A DNA stretch of 59,229 nt from Pseudomonadales bacterium. Lineage in GTDB: Bacteria; Pseudomonadota; Gammaproteobacteria; Pseudomonadales; JBECKS01. This document shows positions 27,780-37,158 of this stretch, piece by piece. The notes under the pieces were generated by a model. That model saw nothing but the letters and a program-made list of their open reading frames with translations, had not been told where the DNA came from and made no database searches. Each line of letters begins with the position of its first letter. Position 1 is the stretch's first letter. A program made the position numbers and the translations under genes. The DNA lies in contig JBECKS010000178.1 in NCBI GenBank assembly GCA_040235395.1, positions 1 to 59,229 of the forward strand, written 5' to 3'.

Positions 27780-28361
27780 ATGTTTAGCGATATTTTTACC
27801 CTGATTATTGACACCTTTTTCATGCTTTATATTCTGGTGCTTTTCTTGCGCTTCCTGTTTCCACTTATCAATGTGGATTTCTACAACCCCTTTTCGCAAT
27901 TTGTTGTCAAGGTAACTAACCCCGTATTAGTGCCAATGCGAAAGGTCATTCCTATTCGAAAAAATATTGATAGTGCCGCTTTACTATTTATTGTTTTGCT
28001 TCAGATGGTTGAAATTTGCCTTATTCAACTTGTGCATGTTGGCGCAATTAGCTCAGTGTTTGACATCATTCAAATATCAATTATCAAGCTGTCAAACATG
28101 TTTTTCAGTTTTTTTCTTTATGCCATTATCGGTCAGATTATTCTCAGTTGGTTTGCTCCCTATAACAACAATCCTGCTGTTGGCATTCTAAATCAAATCA
28201 CTGAACCAGTATTAGCGCCGGCAAGAAAGCTCATTCCACCTGTAAGTGGTCTGGATTTTTCACCTATCCTTGTATTACTTGCAATTGAAATTCTTGATCG
28301 CATATTCACCAGAGGCATTCTTCCAGGATTCTTTTCCTTGATTAGAAACTTAATCGGTTAA
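27780..28361 (+). CDS. yggT: YggT family membrane protein
   Basis: Two YggT repeats ('DFYNPFSQFVVKVTNP', 'ITEPVLAPARKLIP..GLDFSP'). Confidence 0.93.
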   Translation: MFSDIFTLIIDTFFMLYILVLFLRFLFPLINVDFYNPFSQFVVKVTNPVLVPMRKVIPIRKNIDSAALLFIVLLQMVEICLIQLVHVGAISSVFDIIQISIIKLSNMFFSFFLYAIIGQIILSWFAPYNNNPAVGILNQITEPVLAPARKLIPPVSGLDFSPILVLLAIEILDRIFTRGILPGFFSLIRNLIG

Positions 28362-28363
28362 CG

Positions 28364-28966
28364 CTAACGAGGTTGATTGAAACGTTCCCTGTTCTCCTGT
28401 TTCTGCTCTTCGCTTTTCCTTAATAAAATATATAAATTCCCTGCCCCGCCATGCTGAGGCATTGCACTGTGATAGGCCATCACCTCAGGAACAAGTTTAA
28501 GCCAGGCCGCTACGTGATTTTTTAATCTTGCTGGTTCATCCTGCTTCAATCCTTTTCCATGAGACAATAACAGGCAACGTTTATTTTTTTTTCTATTACG
28601 TTCAATAAAACTTCTTAGCTCATCAAAAGATTGCTGAACGGTGAGACCATGCAAGTCCAGTTTTGCTTCAATTTGATATTTTCCCGTTCTAAGTTTCCGG
28701 TATACACCTTCTTGCACACCAGGCTGCTTAAAACCAATAATGTCATTCGGACCATGGTTCTCTGGTTTTGCCGAGCGTAACTGTTCAAGATAATCTTTTG
28801 CTTCGCCTAAAGCGGCTTTTCGTTGCTGCGCCTTGTTTTCATCCAGCTGAAGAGAACGCTTGTTATGTTCAATATCGCTTGCTCTCTCTTCCCTGTTTAT
28901 GGTCTGGATATCATTAATGTCTTTCATTAAAGACGCGAATCCTGAATGCTCATCCTTTTCACTCAT
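28364..28966 (-). CDS. smrA: Smr-domain endonuclease, SmrA-like
   Basis: Motifs GVQEGVYRKLR, LDLHG, HGKG and HGGAG. ATG 28966 has a GGAGGTG Shine-Dalgarno. Confidence 0.88.
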   Translation of the reverse strand: MSEKDEHSGFASLMKDINDIQTINREERASDIEHNKRSLQLDENKAQQRKAALGEAKDYLEQLRSAKPENHGPNDIIGFKQPGVQEGVYRKLRTGKYQIEAKLDLHGLTVQQSFDELRSFIERNRKKNKRCLLLSHGKGLKQDEPARLKNHVAAWLKLVPEVMAYHSAMPQHGGAGNLYILLRKSEEQKQENRERFNQPR

Positions 28967-29101
28967 GTTTTCACCTCCAAGCGTATTAGAAATTATTGAT
29001 AACGCTTGTGCATTCATGACTTTTAGTTGCTTGCCGATGAACCACTGTTTAGACTTCTAAGCTTCAATCATTCTATCTTTCATCATCCATTACTAAAAGT
29101 C

Positions 29102-30262
29102 ATGACTGATACCATCGCGGCCGATTCCGTTGGCATCGTTACGCCGCAGACAGTGCATTTTGATCAGAAAATTGAGCTCGAATGCTCAAAGTTCTTGCCT
29201 GCCTATGATCTGGTTTATGAAAGCTATGGCGAGCTCAACGCGAGTAAAAATAATGCTGTGCTTATCTGTCATGCCCTCAGCAGTCACCATCATGCAGCGG
29301 GTTACCATAGCACTGAAGATACTAAACCTGGTTGGTGGGAAAACTGTATCGGTCCAGGGAAAGCCATTGATACCAACAAATTTTTTGTGGTGTGCCCAAA
29401 TAATCTTGGCGGCTGCCATGGAAGCACAGGGCCGAGTTCCATTAATCCAGAAACCAAGCGCCCTTGGGGTTCAGACTTCCCCATGATGACGGTGAAGGAT
29501 TGGGTCAAAGTGCAGGCTCGTTTAGCTGATTATCTAGGAATTAGCTGTTGGGCTGCGGTGATTGGCGGAAGTCTTGGTGGCATGCAGGTCTTGCAATGGT
29601 CTATTGATTTTCCAGAGCGCCTGAAAAATGCGGTGGTGATTGCATCAACACCAAAGCTCAGCGCCCAGAATATTGCATTTAACGAAGTTGCACGACAGGC
29701 AATCCTGTCGGACCCCAATTTTCATCAAGGCCACTATTATCAATATGATACCTATCCGAAACAGGGTTTGATACTTGCGCGCATGGTGGGTCACATTACT
29801 TACCTTTCCGATGATGCAATGCGCACAAAATTCGGTCGTGACTTACAAAGCGGCAAGTTTCACTTTGGGTTTGATGTTGAGTTTCAAGTGGAAAGTTATC
29901 TTCGTCACCAAGGTGAAATGTTTTCAAAGAATTTTGATGCCAATACCTATTTGCTTATGACAAAGGCGCTGGATTATTTTGATCCTGCTCGTGAGTTCAA
30001 TGGCGATTTACGTCTCGCCTTGAAAAATGCCCTGTGCAAATTTCTGGTAATTTCTTTCACGACCGACTGGCGCTTTTCTTCTGAGCGTTCACAAGACATC
30101 GTTAACACCCTGTTACTGGAAAATAAAAACGTTTCCTATGCAGATATCGATGCGCCTCAAGGTCATGACTCCTTTCTCATGCCCATCCCTCGTTACATCA
30201 AGATTTTCAAAAATTACATGGATCGTGTTCATGATGAACTGAACATGGAGGGCAAAGTATGA
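29102..30262 (+). CDS. metX: Homoserine O-acyltransferase MetX (probably the succinyl-CoA type, as in Pseudomonas)
   Basis: Motifs CHALS, GGSLGG and GHDSFL; followed by metW. Start moved to ATG 29102. Confidence 0.94.
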   Translation: MTDTIAADSVGIVTPQTVHFDQKIELECSKFLPAYDLVYESYGELNASKNNAVLICHALSSHHHAAGYHSTEDTKPGWWENCIGPGKAIDTNKFFVVCPNNLGGCHGSTGPSSINPETKRPWGSDFPMMTVKDWVKVQARLADYLGISCWAAVIGGSLGGMQVLQWSIDFPERLKNAVVIASTPKLSAQNIAFNEVARQAILSDPNFHQGHYYQYDTYPKQGLILARMVGHITYLSDDAMRTKFGRDLQSGKFHFGFDVEFQVESYLRHQGEMFSKNFDANTYLLMTKALDYFDPAREFNGDLRLALKNALCKFLVISFTTDWRFSSERSQDIVNTLLLENKNVSYADIDAPQGHDSFLMPIPRYIKIFKNYMDRVHDELNMEGKV

Positions 30263-30873
30263 GTGCCGTCAACTTACGCCCCGAACTGGAAATTATTCAA
30301 GGCTGGATAAAACCGAGTGCAAGAATTCTTGACCTGGGTTGCGGTGATGGTCAGCTGCTCGCATTCCTTTACGCAGATAGAAATGTGAAAGGCTACGGGC
30401 TTGAAATCGATGAGGAAAAAATTGCCGAATGTGTTCGCAAAGGGGTCAACGTGATTGAACAGAACCTTGATGGCGATTTAAGTAATTTTGCTGATAACAG
30501 TTTTGATACCGTTATCATGACTCAGGCGCTGCAGGTCATGCAGCAACCAGATAAGGTGCTGGCAGAAATGACACGCATTGGGAAAGAAGCCATTGTCACC
30601 TTTCCAAACTTTGGTCACTGGAAAACCAGACTGTTTCTTGGCTTGAAAGGCATGATGCCTGTTTCGGAAACCTTACCATACAGCTGGTACAACACGCCTA
30701 ACATTCATTTATGTACTTTCAAGGATTTTGAAGCCTTGTGTGAAGAAAATCAGTATCGCATCATGAATCGAAATGTAACTGACATGTATCATAATCGTGG
30801 CAGCTGGTTAAGCAGGCGTTTTCCAAACCTCCTTGGGGAAATTGCGGTTTATCGCATCAAACAACATGGCTAG
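30259..30873 (+). CDS. metW: Methionine biosynthesis protein MetW
   Basis: Motifs [17 protein letters not shown] and [11 protein letters not shown]. Confidence 0.95.
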   Translation: MSAVNLRPELEIIQGWIKPSARILDLGCGDGQLLAFLYADRNVKGYGLEIDEEKIAECVRKGVNVIEQNLDGDLSNFADNSFDTVIMTQALQVMQQPDKVLAEMTRIGKEAIVTFPNFGHWKTRLFLGLKGMMPVSETLPYSWYNTPNIHLCTFKDFEALCEENQYRIMNRNVTDMYHNRGSWLSRRFPNLLGEIAVYRIKQHG

Positions 30874-30880
30874 ATTAACT

Positions 30881-31339
30881 ATGCAACTTTTTATACGTTT
30901 CATTCCTTCATTCAGTATTGCTTTGCTTGCGCTTTGCATTTCTACAATAACTTCTGCAGAACAACTGGTGACCCAAGGTAACTACACCGTGCATTATTCT
31001 GCTTTCCCGAGCACCGCGCTCTCGGCAAAAATGGTTTCTACTTACGGTTTTAAACGAAGTAACTACATTGCACTGTTAAACATTACGCCACAGAAAACTG
31101 AAGATGGCTTAACCGTCGGTGTAAAAAGCGAAGTGACAGGCAAGGTAAAAAACCTGATAGGAAATTCACAAACCCTCGAATTCAAGGAAATCATTGAAGG
31201 TGATGTGGTTTACTATATCGCAGAATTCAGTTTCAGCAATGAAGAACATTTTCGTTTTGCCATTGATGTAAAACCACTCGACGGTAGCTCTCTACAGATT
31301 CCTGTTAGCTTTGAACAAAAATTCTTTCGTGATCAATAA
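30881..31339 (+). CDS. DUF4426 family exported protein
   Basis: Signal peptide, 'VHYSAFPST' and 'LEFKEIIEGDVVYYIAEF'; located between metW and rdgB. Start is 30866 or 30881. Confidence 0.8.
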   Translation: MQLFIRFIPSFSIALLALCISTITSAEQLVTQGNYTVHYSAFPSTALSAKMVSTYGFKRSNYIALLNITPQKTEDGLTVGVKSEVTGKVKNLIGNSQTLEFKEIIEGDVVYYIAEFSFSNEEHFRFAIDVKPLDGSSLQIPVSFEQKFFRDQ

Positions 31340-31342
31340 GCC

Positions 31343-31945
31343 ATGTTCAAGGAACTTGTGCTTGCCAGCAACAATCAGGGAAAAATCTTAGAATTCCAGA
31401 ATATGGCGCAAGACTTATCCTGGAACTTCGTTTCCCAATCAGACTTTAATACTCCAGAAGCAGAAGAAACGGGCTTATCCTTTATCGAGAATGCCATTAT
31501 CAAAGCACGTAATGCTTCACGTTTCTCAGGCTTACCTGCACTAGCTGATGATTCAGGCTTAGAGGTTCTTGCTTTACAAGGCGAGCCAGGTATTTTTTCT
31601 GCACGTTTTGCAGGTACAGATGCTAATGATGCAGATAATCGTCAGCTGCTTCTGGAAAAAATGCGAGATGTGCCTGAAAAAAGCAGACAGGCTAACTTTC
31701 GTTGCTGTCTTGCTTTGGTTCGTTATGAGAATGACCCCTGCCCAATCATTGGTGAAGGAATCTGGCAAGGCAGTATCGCTTTTGATGAAAAAGGAAATAA
31801 CGGTTTTGGTTATGATTCCCTTTTTATTGTTGGTGATCTTGCCTGTCGCTCAGCAGAACTAGCACCGGAAAATAAAAACCGCATTAGCCATCGCGCCTTG
31901 GCATTCCAGTCGCTTGTCAAACAAGTTCATTTATTAAACGCATGA
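31343..31945 (+). CDS. rdgB: dITP/XTP pyrophosphatase
   Basis: Motifs ASNNQGK, ADDSGL, GFGYD and SHR. Confidence 0.96.
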   Translation: MFKELVLASNNQGKILEFQNMAQDLSWNFVSQSDFNTPEAEETGLSFIENAIIKARNASRFSGLPALADDSGLEVLALQGEPGIFSARFAGTDANDADNRQLLLEKMRDVPEKSRQANFRCCLALVRYENDPCPIIGEGIWQGSIAFDEKGNNGFGYDSLFIVGDLACRSAELAPENKNRISHRALAFQSLVKQVHLLNA

Positions 31946-33093
31946 GCGTAAAAGCAGAACTGCCCCCCCTTTCCCTTTATATTCATATTCCCTGGTGTGA
32001 AAGGAAATGTCCTTACTGTGATTTTAACTCTCATGAAAATTTTCAACCTGAACAGGAAGCGCTTTACGCCAAACGATTAATTGAAGATTTAAAACATGAT
32101 CTTGAAACATTTGAGATAAACCGCCCTTTACATTCCATTTTTATTGGTGGCGGAACCCCGAGTATATTTTCTGTCGACACCATTGATTTCTTGCTCAATG
32201 AAATTTCCAAACTTATTTCTTTCGAGACTGGTATCGAAATCACAATGGAGGCAAACCCGGCAAGCAGTCAGGACGACTACTTTTCTTCCTTATCAAATAC
32301 GCCTGTTAATCGTGTTTCTCTCGGTGTTCAAAGTTTTCAGGAAGACAAACTTAAAGTGCTTGGCCGTTTGCATGATAAGAAACAGGCACTGAACTCCCTC
32401 GAACAAATCAAAAAATATTTTAATAATTTTAATCTTGACCTGATGTTTGGTTTGCCTAATCAGGATATCGAATCAGGTTTAAGTGATTTGCAAGAGGCGA
32501 TGATTTTTGAACCCGTGCATCTTTCCTGGTATCAATTAACCATTGAGCCCAATACGGTGTTTTATAAACAGCCTCCCAAGCTTCCTCAACAGGATCTTAT
32601 CTTTGACTTGCAAACAGAAGGTATCGCATATCTGAATTCTCACGGTTTATCCAATTACGAGATTTCTGCTTATGGAAAATCAGATTTTGAAAGCAGGCAT
32701 AACCTTAACTATTGGGAATTTGGTGACTATTTAGGCATTGGTGCAGGCGCACATGGCAAAATTTCTGAGAAAAAGAACAATGAAAATGGTTTGAATATCC
32801 TGCGCTATCATAAAACAAGATTGCCTCGAGACTATTTATCAAAAACCTTGATTGCCCAGCAATCTATCGTTCCCGAATCAGAATTGCCTTTGGAATTCCT
32901 GATGAATTTTCTACGTCTTAAAAAACCCTTGCCGCTCAGCAGTTTTCAGGCAAGAACAGGGCTGGATGCAAAAATACTTTCGCCTTTTATCGACACTGCT
33001 GCCAAACAGGGGTTGATAACGAGCGCACATAATCAACTTGTCAAAACCCAACTTGGCGAATTACATCTGGATAGCCTGCTTTCCCTGATTTGA
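31942..33093 (+). CDS. hemW: Radical SAM heme chaperone HemW
   Basis: Motifs YIHIPWCERKCPYCDFN, GGGTPS and HNLNYW. Confidence 0.94.
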   Translation: MSVKAELPPLSLYIHIPWCERKCPYCDFNSHENFQPEQEALYAKRLIEDLKHDLETFEINRPLHSIFIGGGTPSIFSVDTIDFLLNEISKLISFETGIEITMEANPASSQDDYFSSLSNTPVNRVSLGVQSFQEDKLKVLGRLHDKKQALNSLEQIKKYFNNFNLDLMFGLPNQDIESGLSDLQEAMIFEPVHLSWYQLTIEPNTVFYKQPPKLPQQDLIFDLQTEGIAYLNSHGLSNYEISAYGKSDFESRHNLNYWEFGDYLGIGAGAHGKISEKKNNENGLNILRYHKTRLPRDYLSKTLIAQQSIVPESELPLEFLMNFLRLKKPLPLSSFQARTGLDAKILSPFIDTAAKQGLITSAHNQLVKTQLGELHLDSLLSLI

Positions 33094-33216
33094 AACTGTA
33101 TTCATAGCCTTAGCCATAACGTAATCACGACAGCAAACTAGACTGACTTTTGTAGTTATAAGCTAAGCAGGCTTATATTCTTTCTTCAATTTGCACACCA
33201 TCAAAAAGGAAAGCTC

Positions 33217-33855
33217 ATGCCAAGATTAAAACAAATACCCCGCTCACAGGTTGAAAAAGATTCTAACATCGAAAAAATATACAACCTGATCTTCGGAAAA
33301 AGATGTCCGGTAGAAGAACCAGGCACCGAAACAGGAAGCCCTGGCAACTGGTGGTCAGTGATGGCTATTGTTCCTGGCGTTTTTACTCACACTCTGGAAG
33401 GCTTTCGTTTCTATCGAAGCAAGGAACGCAAAATTGATCCCATTCTCAGAGAGCTTGGCCAGATTCGTGCTGGTTACAACAATGAAAGCCTGTTTGTGTA
33501 TTCACAACACTGTAAAGCCTGTCGAAGTGTGGGCATGTCTGAAATCAAGATTCAGAATATTCCGCACTGGCAAACAGCCGATTGTTACTCAGAAATTGAG
33601 AGAGCCGTGCTTGCCTATACTGATCAACTGACGCTAGAAAGAGGCAGAGTGCCGGATGGTACTTTTAATGTGTTGAAAAAACATTTGAGTGATGAAGAGA
33701 TACTTGAGCTAACTTACATCACCTGCACCTATTCAATGCATGCCCTTATGAGCCGAGCTTTGCAACTTGAATTTGACGAAGTAGATGAGCGCATGGTGGA
33801 AGTGCCTGCACCAAAAGGCTCAAGCTACGATGTCATGCGTAGCGTTGATCAGTAA
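33217..33855 (+). CDS. Carboxymuconolactone decarboxylase / AhpD-like family protein
   Basis: 'IDPILRELGQIRAG...SQHCK', 'ERAVLAYTD' and 'LSDEEILEL' fit the CMD fold. Confidence 0.75.
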   Translation: MPRLKQIPRSQVEKDSNIEKIYNLIFGKRCPVEEPGTETGSPGNWWSVMAIVPGVFTHTLEGFRFYRSKERKIDPILRELGQIRAGYNNESLFVYSQHCKACRSVGMSEIKIQNIPHWQTADCYSEIERAVLAYTDQLTLERGRVPDGTFNVLKKHLSDEEILELTYITCTYSMHALMSRALQLEFDEVDERMVEVPAPKGSSYDVMRSVDQ

Positions 33856-33882
33856 TATTCACAGATAAATGGGTTAGTTTCT

Positions 33883-34584
33883 TCAGGCTTTTCTGAAAAT
33901 CAAATCCCAGACACCATGTCCGAGGTTCTCGCCGCGCTTTTCAAATTTCGTTTTAGGGCGAGACTCGGGTTTTGGTGAAAAATTATTTTCACCTGCTTCA
34001 TTCTTCAATCCCTCATAAGCACTGAGCACTTCCATGGCATCTTCCGCGTAAGGCTGCCAGTCAGTCGCCATGTGAAAATAGCCTTCTGGTTTCAGCTTAC
34101 TACTTATTAAATCTAGAAAATCCTTTTTTACAATTCTGCGCTTGTGGTGCTTCTTTTTAGGCCAGGGATCAGGAAAAAAAAGCTGCACAACATCAACACT
34201 GTTATCAGGAATCATATGTTGAAAAACTTCAACCGCATCATGGTTCATGCACTTGATATTTTTTAACCCAAGCTTTTCGATTTCCTGCAACAGTGCTCCT
34301 ACGCCAGGTTTGTGCACTTCAATCCCCAGATAATTTTTATCGGGATTTTCCTTTGCCATTTGCGCAAGACTTAAGCCATTGCCAAATCCAATTTCAATGA
34401 CCAGTTTATCATTCGCGTTTCCAAATTCTTTGACGTAGTCCAGATTCTTTTTTTGAAATGGAATACCAAATGTAGACCAGTAATTTTCAAAAGCTGTTTC
34501 CTGAGCTTTGGTCATACGTCCTTGTCGTAATACAAAGCTACGAATGGATCTTAAATTTTTATTTACGCTTTCTTCTGAAGACAT
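33883..34584 (-). CDS. trmB: tRNA (guanine-N7)-methyltransferase
   Basis: Motifs EIGFGNG, FPDPWPKKKH, ATDW and TKFE. Confidence 0.97.
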   Translation of the reverse strand: MSSEESVNKNLRSIRSFVLRQGRMTKAQETAFENYWSTFGIPFQKKNLDYVKEFGNANDKLVIEIGFGNGLSLAQMAKENPDKNYLGIEVHKPGVGALLQEIEKLGLKNIKCMNHDAVEVFQHMIPDNSVDVVQLFFPDPWPKKKHHKRRIVKKDFLDLISSKLKPEGYFHMATDWQPYAEDAMEVLSAYEGLKNEAGENNFSPKPESRPKTKFEKRGENLGHGVWDLIFRKA

Positions 34585-34587
34585 AAA

Positions 34588-35367
34588 TCAGGATATTAGC
34601 CCTTCAACAGGAGAAGATGCAGATGCATAAAGTCGTTTCTGCATGCGCCCAGCAAGGTAGGCTTCCCTTCCCGCTTCCACGGCCTTTTTCATTGCCGATG
34701 CCATCAGCACAGGTTTTTTTGCCGCCGCGATGGCAGTATTCATTAATACACCCTCACAACCCAATTCCATGGCAATGGCAGCATCAGAGGCCGTTCCCAC
34801 CCCTGCATCAACAATGATTGGCACCTTGGCATTTTCAAGAATCAGGCGAATGTTATAAGGATTGCAAATGCCAAGGCCTGAGCCAATAGGGGCAGCTAAT
34901 GGCATCACGGCCACGCAACCCATTTCTTCAAAGCGTTTTGCCAGAATGGGGTCGTCGCTTGTGTAAACCATGACCTTGAAATCATCTTTAATCAATTCTT
35001 CTGCTGCAAGCAGGGTTTCCGTAACGTTTGGAAAAAGTGTTTTCTGATCACCAAGGACTTCCAGTTTTACCAAATCATGTCCACCTAGTAATTCCCTGGC
35101 GAGCTTGCAGGTTCTCACTGCTGATTTTGCGTCATAACAAAATGCGGTATTCGGAAGGATGGTATATTTTTCAGGAGAAATGACATCTAATAGATTAGGT
35201 TCATTGGCTTCCTGTCCGATGTTTGTTCTTCTTACTGCAACCGTAACAATTTCAGCACCACTTGCTTCGATGGCTTCTTTTGTTTCATCCAGATCCTTGT
35301 ATTTACCCGTACCTACCAAAAGGCGTGAATCAAAACTTTTTCCTGCGAGCACAAGCTTGTCTGACAT
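34588..35367 (-). CDS. thiG: Thiazole synthase
   Basis: Motifs [24 protein letters not shown] and DAGVG. Confidence 0.97.
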   Translation of the reverse strand: MSDKLVLAGKSFDSRLLVGTGKYKDLDETKEAIEASGAEIVTVAVRRTNIGQEANEPNLLDVISPEKYTILPNTAFCYDAKSAVRTCKLARELLGGHDLVKLEVLGDQKTLFPNVTETLLAAEELIKDDFKVMVYTSDDPILAKRFEEMGCVAVMPLAAPIGSGLGICNPYNIRLILENAKVPIIVDAGVGTASDAAIAMELGCEGVLMNTAIAAAKKPVLMASAMKKAVEAGREAYLAGRMQKRLYASASSPVEGLIS

Positions 35368-35414
35368 ACTATTTCCTGTAACAAAAGTTTACTTTTATTG
35401 GGTGCTGCAAAAAC

Positions 35415-35615
35415 TTAACCGCCGCCAATCGCCTGAACAATTTCCAGTCGATCATTTTCTTTCAGTTGTATTTTTCCATGCATGCGAGCAGGAATAATTT
35501 CCTGATTCAGTTCAACAGCAATTTTTTTTCCCTGATAGCCTAATTCGCATAACAAGGTTTGCAGAGGCTTTTCCTGCTCCGTCTGAAAAATTTTACCGTT
35601 AATGTAAACCTGCAC
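35415..35615 (-). CDS. thiS: Sulfur carrier protein ThiS
   Basis: 66 aa ending in GG, directly upstream of thiG; GTG start. Confidence 0.94.
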   Translation of the reverse strand: MQVYINGKIFQTEQEKPLQTLLCELGYQGKKIAVELNQEIIPARMHGKIQLKENDRLEIVQAIGGG

Positions 35616-35629
35616 GCGCTTCTCTCAAT

Positions 35630-36010
35630 TCAAAAATGTTTGAAAATACCATAAGCCATCATAAACCACGCAAGGATGAAGCATAGGCCTCCAAGTGGCG
35701 TAATAGGGCCTAACCATTTTCCAAGACTGAAACTCAAACCGTATAGACTGCCTGAAAAGAGAAAAATGCCCAGCATAAAAACAAAACCCGCATATTTCAG
35801 GCTGCCAGGCTGAGTATTAATGTGAAGCATTAAACCGCCCAGCATGATCAAGGCAAAACTGTGATAAAAATGATACTGAACACCTGTCTGAAAAGTGTTC
35901 AAGAGATTCTCGGGCAAGGTTCCTTTTAGTTTATGTGCGGCGAAGGCACCCAATATCACGCACAGACCAGCATTTAGTGAACCAGTAATCAAAAAAAGTT
36001 TCGCAAACAT
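35630..36010 (-). CDS. DUF423 (YgdD/TMEM256) membrane protein
   Basis: Motifs GAFAAH, YHFYH, FSGSLY and GPITPLGG. Start moved to ATG 36010. Confidence 0.9.
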   Translation of the reverse strand: MFAKLFLITGSLNAGLCVILGAFAAHKLKGTLPENLLNTFQTGVQYHFYHSFALIMLGGLMLHINTQPGSLKYAGFVFMLGIFLFSGSLYGLSFSLGKWLGPITPLGGLCFILAWFMMAYGIFKHF

Positions 36011-36044
36011 AATGTGCCCAATGATGTTATAAAAAGCCATGGTA

Positions 36045-36083
36045 AATAAAAAAGGCCGCTAAAGCTTAGCTTTAACGGCCTTT
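36045..36083 (-). terminator. Intrinsic terminator after rpoH
   Basis: AAAGGCCG...CGGCCTTT stem with a U-tract on the minus strand. Confidence 0.8.
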
Positions 36084-36100
36084 ATATTTCAAGAAAAGCT

Positions 36101-36952
36101 TTAGATGTTAATCGCGTGCTTAAGCTTTTTCATGGCAGCCACTTCAATCTGGCGAACACGTTCTGCTGAAACATCATACTTATCTGCCAGGTCATGCAAG
36201 GTTAGCTTTTCATCATCTAACCATCTTGTCTGCAGAATGTCTCTGCTGCGTTCATCCAGTTGCTCTAGCGCTTCCAGCAATGCAGCATTCTGATTGCTAC
36301 CATCTCGCTCTTCTGCCACTACTTCTTCCGGGTTTGCACCCTGTGCTTCGAGATACAGTGCTGGGCTATAGGTACTTTCTTCTGTCTCATCCACAGGGAC
36401 ATCGAAGCTGGTGTCATAATTTAATAAACGGCCTTCCATCTCCTGCACGTCTTTTAAGCTCACGCCCAGATCCTTTGCAATGGCATTTGCTTCATCAATA
36501 CTTAGCAGAGCACTGCTTTTTTTCATTGAGCGCAGGTTAAAGAAAAGTTTTCTTTGCGGTTTGGTTGTCGCAATTTTTACGATTCGCCAGTTCTTGATCA
36601 CGAACTCGTGAATCTCTGCCTTAATCCAGTGAACTGCATAGGAAACCAAGCGCACGCCTTGGGTTGGGTCAAAACGCTTCACAGCTTTCATCAAACCTAC
36701 GTTGCCTTCCTGAATGATGTCAGCAAAAGGCAGGCCATAACCCTGATAGGTTTTGGCAATATGAATCACAAAGCGAAGATTCGCCATCACCAGTTGACGA
36801 GCAGCATCAAGGTCTTCATCAAAGTAAAGTCTTTCTGCCAGCGCCTTCTCTTCTTCTGCGCTCAGTACCGCGATACTACCTACGGACTGAATATAGGCAT
36901 CAAGGTCAGCACCTGGTGTTGTGATATTCATGACTTGCAGGTTGTTTTCCAT
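36101..36952 (-). CDS. rpoH: RNA polymerase sigma-32 factor
   Basis: RpoH box QRKLFFNLR, DIIQEGNVGLMKAV and VSAERVRQIE; downstream of ftsX. Start moved to ATG 36952. Confidence 0.97.
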   Translation of the reverse strand: MENNLQVMNITTPGADLDAYIQSVGSIAVLSAEEEKALAERLYFDEDLDAARQLVMANLRFVIHIAKTYQGYGLPFADIIQEGNVGLMKAVKRFDPTQGVRLVSYAVHWIKAEIHEFVIKNWRIVKIATTKPQRKLFFNLRSMKKSSALLSIDEANAIAKDLGVSLKDVQEMEGRLLNYDTSFDVPVDETEESTYSPALYLEAQGANPEEVVAEERDGSNQNAALLEALEQLDERSRDILQTRWLDDEKLTLHDLADKYDVSAERVRQIEVAAMKKLKHAINI

Positions 36953-37013
36953 AATTTTCTCCGAGCTAAACTTAGATATAACGGAATGCTTTGCTAGGCT
37001 GTCTCCTTTAATA

Positions 37014-37040
37014 TTAGCACTCTCATATTGAGAGTGCCAA
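37014..37040. promoter_or_regulatory. CIRCE operator (HrcA binding site) upstream of rpoH
   Basis: TTAGCACTC-tcatattga-GAGTGCCAA matches the consensus TTAGCACTC-N9-GAGTGCTAA at 17 of 18 positions with the exact 9-nt spacer. Confidence 0.9.
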
Positions 37041-37126
37041 GACCAGACCACAAGGAGCCCGAGAAATGCTTCAATTTCTCGTTGGTTTTCAGCTCATACC
37101 CATCAAGGCATTCAATGATTGCTGTC

Positions 37127-37154
37127 TTAGACAGCTAGAAGCAGGTAAAAGTTC
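37127..37154 (-). promoter_or_regulatory. Sigma-E (RpoE/AlgU) promoter for rpoH
   Basis: The minus strand reads GAACTT-N17-TCTAA immediately after the ftsX stop, analogous to rpoH P3. Confidence 0.75.
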
Positions 37155-37158
37155 TGGA

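Noticed and set aside
35616-35629. TPP riboswitch upstream of thiS-thiG
   Set aside because: There are only 14 nt of intergenic space and no TPP core; the DUF423-thiS-thiG-trmB order is ordinary.
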